DNA of 64,000 nucleotides from Dictyostelium discoideum. Its lineage: Eukaryota. The translations under genes and the position numbers were made by a program. The notes under the pieces are model-generated. The model worked only from the letters and a program-made list of their open reading frames with translations. It was not told the DNA's origin and did no database searches. Positions 11,638 through 22,917 of this stretch are shown here, piece by piece. How positions within the stretch are numbered: the stretch's first letter is position 1; every line of letters begins with the position of its first letter. The stretch is taken from assembly GCA_000004695.1 (NCBI GenBank), contig CM000152.2, positions 2,848,001 to 2,912,000 on the forward strand, in the 5' to 3' direction.

Positions 11638-11713
11638 ATGACAAAATTAATTACAATATTAATATTTTTTTTTTTATTATTTAATGTTATTAAAAGTTCT
11701 TCAACTGACCAAA
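11638..11713 (+). CDS. copy 4, exon 1 (signal peptide MTKLITILIFFFLLFNVIKSSSTDQ)
   Basis: ATG with a hydrophobic peptide, then a GTATGT donor, phase 1. Confidence 0.55.
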
Positions 11714-11805
11714 GTATGTAGGAAAAAAAAAATAAAAAAATAAAAAACAAAAAAAAAAAAAACTTATATTTAAAAACTTTTTTTTTTTTTTTCATATTTA
11801 TTAAG

Positions 11806-11923
11806 ATTGCTTGAATACTCTTAAAAATCAATTAAATGTAAAAGAATGTATAATTTGCCAAAAGGAAAATTGCATAAATACATTTGAATCATGTATTTCT
11901 GGTGATGAGGAAAATTTAAGTGT
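11806..11923 (+). CDS. copy 4, exon 2 (Cys-rich NCLNTLKNQLNVKECIICQKENCINTFESCISGDEENLS)
   Basis: TTAAG acceptor and GTAGGT donor. It ends in phase 2 like exon 2 of the other copies. Confidence 0.45.
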
Positions 11924-12060
11924 GTAGGTTTAAATTAATAAATAAAATAAATAAAAAAATAAATAAAAAAAAAATAAAAAAAAAAAAAATAAATAAATAA
12001 ATAAATAAATTAATAAATTATTATTATCACTAATTTTTGAAAATGTAATTTTTTTAATAG

Positions 12061-14328
12061 ATTCTTAGACCAAATTCCAATTGATAGATTTGATCCTACA
12101 TGTTTTAAAAAGGTCAAAGAATTAACCATAAAAAACTTGAATTTTACAGAGTATTTGGATTCATTCAATGGTACATCTATTTCACTTATTGATTGTACTT
12201 ATGATAATTTAAATTCAATTAAGCATAATAAGATATATTTAACACATCTAAATATTACTAATTTAAAAACACAAGAGATTGGGGATATTGCTATTAATTT
12301 TATTAAAACCTTAATAGGATTTAAATCTATTTCTTATTTTTCATTTACTTTCAGTAATATTATCGGGGATTTCTCTGAATTCACGGCCGTGTTGGAAAAT
12401 TTAGAAATTAAAAGTTTTGAAATAAATAATAATCAACTTGTTGGAACTATTAATTCATCATGGTGTAATACCCTTTTAAAAATTAATAATAACAAGTTAT
12501 CCGGTGAATTACCATCTTGTTTTACATGTCATATTTATAGTGATTACGTTAAAAGTATGATTATTACTGGAAATAAATTTACAAATGAAAATCCAATAGC
12601 AGATTGTAAAACTTTAAAACCAAACCTTTTTTATAATTCCACTAGTCGCGAACTGTATCTCTATGGTAAAGATTTAGGTTTTATATCTGATGATATTAAA
12701 AATGATAAATATACTTTCAATTTAGAGAAACCTTCGAAATTATTTATAGCAACTAATGTAAATGAATCAGATTTACCAAAATATTTAAATATTACCTTTT
12801 CAGGAGCAAAAAAAGAATTTTCATTATCTACAACCAAAATAGCACCAATTGTATCCTCGATAACAATTTCAGAAATATTAGATTCAATAACCTTTACTGG
12901 AACAAATTTAAATGATCCACCACCAATTTCAATCTTGATTGGTGATAAAAATTACACAGACCTAAATTTTAATTTTAATCAAGTCCAATGTAAAATTCAA
13001 AGATTAAGTTATGATGATGATTTTGTAATCGTTAAAATTATTAATGGAGATGATTTTTACAAATTCAGTACTACTATATATACATATATAAACCAAAGCA
13101 TACAAGTTGATTATTGTTCAAAAGTTTGTAAAAAACTTGATGATGGTGTTTGCATTAAAATAAAAGAATATTGTGGTGGTGGAAATATAATATCAAATTC
13201 TTGTACTTCTTCAACAGCAGGCGGTTGTAATTGTTCAAATGATTTTCAAAATTCTTTTTGTTCCTATATACCTTGTCCTATGGATTGTAATTCTGAATCT
13301 AACCAAGGTATATGTAATTATCAAACTGGTAAATGTGAATGCCTACCATATTACCAAGGTCTGGATTGCTCTTTACCAAATAAACCCTGTAATACCAATT
13401 GTAGTTTTGATTCCGATCAAGGTAAATGTAATACTCAAACTGGTAATTGTGAATGCTCACCAAATTTCCAAGGTAAAAATTGTGAATTACCATTAAAATA
13501 TTGTTCATCAGACTGTAGTGCACCATTAAATAAAGGTTTTTGTAATGATCAAACTGGTATTTGTCAATGTTTTCCAAATTATCAAGGTTCAGATTGTTCT
13601 TTACCATTAAAAGTTTGTACATCAGATTGTAGTTTCGATTTAAATCAAGGCTGGTGTAATAATCAAACTGGTACTTGTCAATGTAAACCAAATTATCAAG
13701 GTTCGGATTGTAAAACTCCATCACATTATATTACATCAGTTATTCCATGTTCAATTGATGGTGGTGAAGTTTTAATTAATGGTTGGTTTGGTAATAATAA
13801 TGATGGTACAAATTTACTATCATCATATAATATTGTTATAGGTAGTTTAGATTGTATTGTTACATCAATTAATGAAACAGAAATTAAATGTAATCTTGGA
13901 GCAGGTACCGGTACAAAAAATATTAAAATTATAAATTCAATTAATCCAAATGTAATTTTCAATGGTAATGGATTATTTAATTATCAAAATCCAATTAAAA
14001 CTTGTCCAAATAGTTGTACAAGTTTAAATAATGGTAACTGTAATTCAAATACAGGTGAATGTCAATGTAATGATAAATTTAGAGGTTTCGATTGTAGTAC
14101 ACCAATTAAAATCATTGAAAGTGCACCATCAACAAATACATCAATCAATAAAGAAACAGGAGGTATAGAACTTACCAATCAAGATACAATATATGAAATT
14201 TCAATTATATCATTAAATGAAATTTCAATTGATGGTTCAATTATAAAATCATATCAATTAAAAGACAATTGGTCAATTTATAATATAAATGATGAATCAA
14301 CAACAAAAAGAACAACAACAACAAAAAG

Positions 14329-14380
<52 letters not shown>

Positions 14381-15067
14381 GATTTCAATAATATATTCAT
14401 GTTTTCACAAAAATTAATTAATAATACATGTAAAATTACTTATACCATAGAAGAGATTAAATTAAAAGATAAGAACTTTACATTTGGAACAACAACGTTT
14501 AAAGTTGAAAAAGATTCAATAAAATTATCAGTTTTAATTCAAGATTATCAATATCAAAGTTCATTAAATACATTACAATTAATATTTTATTCAGCAGTTG
14601 GAAATGATTCAAATTCTAACAATGATGATTGTAATAAACAAGATACATCAATTGATACATCAAATGCAAATAATCAACAAATTTCAAATTATATTCAAAT
14701 TTCTAAAAATTCAAAAACATTAGTCGGTCGTTTCATTAATCAAGTCATTGCAGATTCAAGATCAACTTTTATGTCAAGTACAATTATTAAAGATAATGTA
14801 AAATCATCATCAATTATGTTAGGATTAAATCTACCACATTGTAAAGAATGTTTAATTGATCCAGACTTTTCAGTTTTGGTTAGTCCAGATTTTAAAGAAT
14901 CATGTAATGAATCAACAAATAAGAACAAATGGTTTATACCAGTCATTGTCGTTGCACCTGTGGTAGGTTGTGCTGCAATTCTTACTCTATCTATTGTTTT
15001 GTATAGAAAGAACAAATATAACATTAAAATTGCTTCTGAAAAATTAAAATCTTTGAAAAGGAAATAA
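12061..15067 (+). CDS. copy 4, exon 3: the equivalents of exons 3-5 fused (no introns), seven EGF-like modules, TIG-like, poly-Thr insert, TM
   Basis: TTTAATAG acceptor at 12059-12060. The frame is open through the listed 976-aa ORF (12137..15067). An (ACA)n tract at 14290-14380 encodes TTKRTTTTKRT(T)17. The C-terminal ~350 aa are near-identical to the other copies. Confidence 0.85.
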
Positions 15068-16347
15068 TCAAAAAAAAAAAAAAAATATGAAAAGACAACA
15101 AATTCCAAATGTTGGAAAAATAAAATCCAAACCTCAAATTAAATTTTAAATTTAAACAAATAATTTAAAAACGAAAAAAATAAAATTATTTTTCACTAAA
15201 AAAAAAAAAAAAAAATAGAAAATAAATATTTATTTGCAAAGGTTTAAAGTTGGTTTTGATTTTTTTTTTTTTTTTTTTTTTTTACTTTTGATTTTTTTAT
15301 TTTCTATGAGGCTCTCCTTGAAAATGAAATTATTTATTTAAATGGACAATAAAAAAATAATTTAAAAAAAGTTTGGAAACAAATCCAATTATAGATTGCG
15401 ATGTTTTAAATTTATTCTTCAAATAAACCATATAGAGTTGAAAAGATTGTTACAGATTTACCATTTGTGTGATAACAATGAGTTGCGTCAATCAACTTTA
15501 GAACGTAGATTTCATTCTATAGGGTGGCTTGTTGAGATTTTGTTTATTTATTTTTCTTTTTATTTTTAATATTATTATTATTTATAATTTATTATTTAAT
15601 ATTTAATTTTTTTTTTTTTTTTATTTTATTTTTTTTATTTATTATTTATTATTTATTATTTAATATTTATTATGTATTTGTTATTAGTATTAGTTTTAAA
15701 CTAAATATTTAGATCTAAAAATACATACCATTTATGATGAGTTTATTAATTATTTAAATAATTTGTTGAATAGATTGATAAAATTATTTAATGTTATTGG
15801 AAAATATTTATTTATAAGTTTCTTATTAAATAAGTCAAAGGAGATAAAACGAATAATGATATGATGGACATATTGTGGTGGATTGTTTAATAAAAAATTG
15901 AAATTGTTTTCAAATAATATTTTAATAATTAAAATGATATTATTGAAATGACTATTTTTTATTGTTATTTTATCTGTACTGATAGAATCCTTTACTGGGA
16001 AATATCTCTTCACCTTTTTTGTACTGGTTATATATACCATTCTAATATTATATATTGATGTAATACATATAAAAAAAAAATTGAATAGACACACAGTAAA
16101 TAGTGTAAGTTGTTTTGAAAAATTTAAATTTAAATTAATTGTTTTTTTTTTTTTTTTGATTTCCCATGATAAAGACATGTGTTTATACATACTTACTTTA
16201 AATATAAAAAAATTATTATTTTCCTCAAAATGCACAATATTTTTTTTAAAAAAGAGAAAATAAATATTTATTTACAAAGTTTTTTACTTTTTTGTTCTTG
16301 AAAACGATATTATTTACAAAGGATTAAAGTGGTCTTGATTGATTTGA

Positions 16348-17495
16348 TTAAAATTCTTTTAAATTTTTACAAAGAGTACAACCTAAAATAAATTCTTCGA
16401 CATGAGGATGATCAACCTTAAGGGGACATTTATCAGGACCTTCACATCGAGGGATTTCGGTTTTGGGTATTTTGTTGAGGTACTTTCCGCCATTTTGAAT
16501 AGCGTGGCATTGGGAACAGAAGTGCGTCTTGCTCCAGCAATACCATTGAGCTATTGAACAACAAAACTGACATTTCCATATGATATAGTCCCAACCATGT
16601 ACTTTACATTCTTTTCCATCACTTCCCCTACAAGAACCACAAATTAAGTCTTCATCTTTGTAACCACCTTCTACACCTTCATCACAACGTGCTTGACCAG
16701 CAAAATAAAAACCTTTACATTTAAAGCAACTATAGTACACATATCTATCCATTGAGTAATTTTCAGGATCTTGATACCACTTTGAGTTTTTATCTTGAAT
16801 CTCTTTACATTTTGCTAAACCTTCATATGATAATCTTTCCATTGCTTTTGATTGAATGATTGCTTTATTCTTTAAGATTGGTTCTAAAATATGATTAATT
16901 GCAGGATGAGATTTCATTTGTTTCTTACATAGTGGACAATCTATATGATGAAAAGTAATTCTAGGACCTGTTTTACTTGTTAATTGTTTTTCAATACAAC
17001 CATAATGAAACATATGACCACAATCTAACATTATTGATGGAGCTGATTTAATTGAATCAACAAAGCAAATATTACAATATCCATCATTATTGAAATGTCC
17101 CTTTGGTACACAATCTACATCAAAACATGGTTCACATTTTTTCTCACCTTTAACACCAATACAATAATGACCACATGATAATTGTTTATCACAACAATTG
17201 TCCAATTTTTCTTTACATTCTTCAGAATCACAAATTTCACTTTGTTTTAAATTAATTCCAAAAGTTACTTTAATAGGTGATAAACAAAATCTACATTTTC
17301 TAGAATTTAAATATTCTGTATACTTTTCACAAGTATAAGAATAATGATAAGGTGAAGTTTTACAATCTGAACAAAATTCTGTTGTACAATTTGTACATCT
17401 AAATCTAAATTCTTCTCTATGTCTTGCTGATTCTTCATTCATTGTTGTACCATCAGGTGATAATAAATTTAATTTATTTCTTTTTTTTATTAAAT

Positions 17496-17526
<31 letters not shown>

Positions 17527-18174
17527 AGTTGTTGTTGTATTTGTATTATTATTATTATTTAAAGAATTTGAAGAATAATTTGAATTTGAAGAAGTTGATA
17601 ATAATGAAGTTATTGAAGTAAATGAAGAATTTGATAATGAATTTGATAAAGATTGTGGTAATGGTGAAGTTGAAGCTGAAGTTGTAGCTGTTGTATTTGC
17701 AGAAGATATTAAAGGTGGTGATAATGGTGGTTGTTGAATTCTTTCAAAAACTTCTTGACAATTTGGACATTTAATAAAGTTATCATTGTTATGAAGTACT
17801 TGTTCCAATTGTTTATTTAAAAGTTGTTCATACTCTGAATCATTTAATACCATTCGAATCATTGTATCTTGAATTTTTTCATTGCAATCCACATGGATAC
17901 AATGTATTTGACCCAATGATGATCCTTCATCCATTTGATCATTAATTTGATTGAGTATACCATTCTTTAAACATGATTTACAAAAATTATGTAAACAATC
18001 ATCCATTAAAAATAAATAATCTGGTTGTGTTTCAAAATTCTTTTTACATATAATACAATGTGATAACATATCTTGATCACGATTTGAATCTTCTTCTTCT
18101 TCTCCTTCACTTAATAACATTCTTAAAACTTCTGGATCAATTGATCCATTTAATTCAAAATTTGTTTGTTGATA

Positions 18175-18210
<36 letters not shown>

Positions 18211-18416
18211 ATTATAATTATAATTATAATTATTTTCGTAAAAAACATTACTTGAACCACTACTTTTACAAGATGAGGAAGAAGTTGTTGTTGTTGTTGT
18301 CGTTGTCGTTTGAAATGGATTATAGTATCCATTATTTTTTATATTATTATTTATATTATTATTATTATTATTGAAATTATAATTATTATTATAATTACTA
18401 TTTATATTATTTAAAC

Positions 18417-18506
<90 letters not shown>

Positions 18507-18964
18507 TATTATTATTATTATTTAAATTATTTGTTACTATTGATAATAATTTCTTTTGACTATCTAATATTTGATTTATATTTGTTACATCTCTAAAAGA
18601 TGAGGAGGGTGACGTTTTTGAACTATTATTGCTACTATTACTACTACTACTACTACTACTGTTACTACTATTACTACCACTTCTACCTTTTGTTACAGAA
18701 TCTAAAACGAACCATTCATCCATATTATATTCGATATCATCTGGTGTAGTTATTGTAGCTCTTATATGAATTTGACCAACCATACCAAATGAACTATTAT
18801 TATTTAGATCTAACCAATTTTCAAAAACATTCTCTTTTGCTATGGTCTCTAATGAAAGTGTTGCAAATCCTATATCATTATTCTTTATAAACATTTCATT
18901 ATCCCAAACATATAATATAATATTTGGTTGTGGTTTTAATAATCTATCACTTTCTTTAATTTCT
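16348..18964 (-). CDS. C2-domain / RING-IBR-RING (RBR-type) E3 ubiquitin ligase-like protein, main exon
   Basis: The listed 848-aa ORF extends upstream in frame to an AAAATAG acceptor at forward 18965-18966. The N-terminal end carries C2 beta-strands (EIKESDRLLKPQPNIILYVWDNEMFIKNNDIGFATLSL). RING-like CIICKK..CLHNFCKSC. IBR-like FIKCPNCQEVF and RCTNCTTEFCSDC. A second RING-like CNICFVDS..CGHMFHYGC. Very long poly-N tracts. Confidence 0.8.
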
Positions 18965-19045
18965 CTATTTTAAATTTTTAAAAAAAATTTATATTAGTAA
19001 AAATAAATGAAAAATAAAAAAAAAATAAAAAACTATTATATATTA

Positions 19046-19185
19046 CATTTTAAATTCATCATTCCAAATTGGATCGGTTGTATTTTTTAATTTTTTAGTT
19101 GTTTCAATTCTATCTTTATATTTAACTTCAACATAAGGATCTATTTTACCACCATCCTTTTTTCTTAAATTTCTTGCTCCAACAA
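19046..19185 (-). CDS. putative upstream C2-domain exon of the RBR gene (VVGARNLRKKDGGKI[G]DPYVEVKYKDRIETTKKLKNTTDPIWNDEFK); frame interrupted as given
   Basis: TTTTTTTAG acceptor and GTAATA donor. The canonical C2 motif GGKIDPYVEV is only read if one G in GGTAAAATAGGATCC (forward ~19136-19150, contains a BamHI-like GGATCC) is ignored. As written, all three frames have stops here. Confidence 0.35.
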
Positions 19186-19193
19186 CTAAAAAA

Positions 19194-19233
<40 letters not shown>

Positions 19234-19289
19234 TAGTTAGTTTACTTTATTTTTTTATTTTTTTTTTTTTTTAAAAAAAAAAAACTTAC

Positions 19290-19597
<308 letters not shown>

Positions 19598-21174
19598 TGA
19601 TTATTATTATTTTACTTTTTTATTTTTTTTATTTTTTATTTTGAACAAGTATTTTTTTTATTTATATTATTCTTTTTTTTTTTTTTTTTTTTTTTTCCTT
19701 TGATTTCTAAAAAATTATTAAAATAATTGGATGTTATTACTTATTATTTTAAAAAAAAAAAAAATTAAAAAATAAAAAAAAAACAATGATAAAATTTAAA
19801 TTGTATTTAATAAAAAAAAAATTAAATAATTAAATAATTATTAAATTATAATAGTAATAATATTATTTTCTATAAAGTTGGTCGGTGTGCGTATTTTAAA
19901 TAATAAAAAAAAAAGTTTTTTTTTTATTTTTCTTTTTTTTTTTCTTTTTTTTTTTTTTTTTTGAATGAAAAAAAGAAAAATGTTGTTGGTGTGTGGTTGT
20001 GAGTGGGTCAATTTGTAGAATGTTTCAAATGTTATTGTTGTTGTTATAATTATTAAATAAAAATAAATAAATATTTCATCTCCAAAAAACCAAAAAAAAA
20101 TAATAAAAAAATAATAAAAAAATAAATAAAAAAATAAATAAAAAAATAAAATAAAAAAAAATAAAAAAAAAAAATAAAAAAAAATAAAAATTAAAAATTT
20201 AAGAAAAAAAATTTATTGAAAATTTTATGGTTTAAAACAATAGAATTGTTTATTTATGAATGTATTGAGATTAATGAGTTTGAGTGAATGAATAAATGGT
20301 TGTGGTTGTGGTGGTGGTGGTGGTTGTGATAATAACTATTATTTATGAATTAAAGACAAAAAATAACTTTTTTTTTTTTTTTTTTTTTTTTCCTCCAAAA
20401 TAAAAAATAAATTACTTTATAATTTATCTTTCTTTATTTTAATTAATTTTATTTATCATTAAAAAAATTTTAAAATTATAAATTAAAATATTATTTAATT
20501 ATTTAATTATTTAATTATTTTTTTATTTTATCTTTTTATTTTTTTATTTTTTTTTTAAAAGTTGACTATAGACAGTTATGTACAATTGTATATTTATCCA
20601 CAAATATATAAATGTGATTATTATTTATTTATTTATTTTTTTCTTTGCAAATAATTTTTTTTTTTCTTTTTTTTTTTTTTCTTTTTTTTTTTTTTTTTCT
20701 TTTTAAATTTTTTATTTTTTTTTTATTTTTTTATTTTTTTAATTCTTTAATTGTTTTGCCAAATGAAGAGAATTGGAGAAGTGTGGTGTGTGTTATTTTT
20801 AGTGTTTTTTTTTAACAACTAAAAAAAAAAAAAATTTAAAAAAAAACAAAAAAAATAAAAAAAAATAAAAAAATGTCATGTCGTGTTTTTAAAAATTATC
20901 ATCATACATTTTATTGAATGTGAAAACAACAAAACTCACACACAAACACACTCCCAATTCAATCTTGCTAGAATCTTAAAAAAATGAAAAAAAAAAAAAA
21001 TTTTTTTTTTTTTATATTATAAAAATAACCATATAAAAATAATCTATCACTAAACACACAAAAACACAAAAAAATTATAACCCACAAACACTTTGAAATA
21101 ATATGATATTATATATATAACACAAACACTTTGGGGCAAATTATAATTTTTTTTGTATATCTATATTAAAAAAA

Positions 21175-21205
<31 letters not shown>

Positions 21206-21745
21206 AAAAAAAGAAAATAATTAAAAAATTAAAAAATTAAATTGAATAATTAAAAAAAATTAAATTAAATAAAAAAAAAAAAATTATTTCAAATAAAAAA
21301 AAAGAAAAAAAATAAAAAATAAATTAAAAAATTAAATAAATTTTGATATCATCATAAATTAAATGTATACAGTATTATTATTTTTTGATTTTGATTTTAT
21401 TTATTTTTTTAAAAGTTTTTTTTGGATTACTTTTTTTTAATTTCAAACTTGTAATTATTTAAATGATGGTGTTATCATATTTGTATAAATAATAATTTTA
21501 TAATTTTTTTTGTTTTCTTTATGACGTTTATACCATCATCATCATCATCAAAAAATAAAATCATTTAATAATATTGACCATTACCTTCACACTATGTCAC
21601 AAATTATTTTAATCATCACCATCTCCAAAATAAAATTATTTTAATAGTTTTTTTTTTATTTAATTTTACAAAAAGGTTTTTATAATCAAAATCGAATAAA
21701 AAAAAAAAAAAAAATAATAATAATTATAATTCAAAAATATGATTA

Positions 21746-21787
<42 letters not shown>

Positions 21788-21876
21788 AAAATATTCTTAA
21801 AATTATTATATATTTTTGGTGTTTAATAAAGTAAGAATTTTGGGTTTATGGATTTTTTTTTTTTGGTAATCAGAAA

Positions 21877-21913
<37 letters not shown>

Positions 21914-22033
21914 TAATTAATCGTATATATATATATATATTTTTTTTTGAATCATCTCACAATTTGAATCATTTATTAATTAATGTTTTAAAAAACAAAA
22001 ACAAGATGAATAAAAAAAAAAAAAAAAAAATTG

Positions 22034-22072
<39 letters not shown>

Positions 22073-22225
22073 ATAATAATTATTTTATTTTTAATTTTAT
22101 AAATTAAATAAAATAGTATTATTAATGATGATATAATTATAATATTTTTATTTTTTTTCATAAAAATTAATTTCATTTGTTGTTATTGGTTAGAGAGTGT
22201 TGTTACCTCTTTGGTTCCAACAAAA

Positions 22226-22760
22226 ATGAATTGATCAAAAGATAATGCTTAACCACAAGCTTTGACGATTCTTGAACGAGCAGTTTCAGTGAATCTTAAT
22301 GATTAAACAAACAGTGAGTAGTCTAATCTATATTTTTTATTTTCAATTAATCCTTAATTAATTTCTGTTTTTTTGTAAAGGATGTGGGTTTACCATTAAT
22401 TTCTATATTTGAAATAAGTTATTATTTCATCAATTGATATTAAAATACTTCCTGGTACGAAACCTTTCTGATTATTGCTAATAGTTTTTGGGTGAATGGG
22501 TATTAATCTATTATTGATTGCTAATGATTGAATTTTATATTTACAGTTTGCCAGAGTGACCAGTCTCCAGTTTTTTTTTAGTTCTAGATAACCTTCTTTG
22601 GAATTGAGACAACCAGTCTTTTTTTATATTCATTTTTGATGAGACACGGATTCTTTAATGTGCTTCCAAATTGAATCAATTCAAAAGACTTTTTTTGAGT
22701 TTGAGGATGAGCATTTAATCAATGTAGAAAGTGTAATGAATTGTTTAATATTAAAAAGTT
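22226..22760 (-). mobile_element. degenerate, internally deleted fragment of an older TRE-type non-LTR retrotransposon
   Basis: 22440-22700 is about 70% similar to the ORF2 interior of the adjacent full-length element (compare CCTGGTACGAAACCTTT..TTTATAT.TACAGTT.GCCAG at 24896-25020). 22226-22250 carries the ORF2 C-terminal 18-mer TGAATTGATCAAAAGATA, also present at 22921-22938. Confidence 0.45.
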
Positions 22761-22788
22761 TTTAACAGCATTCATATAATATTATTTA

Positions 22789-22819
<31 letters not shown>

Positions 22820-22917
22820 TGGATTAACAAGATTGATATATGTCCATCTGTGTTAATACGAGTTTTTATTTAATATTTATTTATAGGCTTATCATTTAAG
22901 CTGAAGGGTTATTTTAA

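Noticed and set aside
15750-16235. 161-aa minus-strand ORF and 16081..16263 + ORF in the gap between copy 4 and the RBR gene
   Set aside because: It has AT-rich low-complexity composition (N/I/K/F) typical of intergenic DNA, no recognisable domain and no splice-compatible structure.
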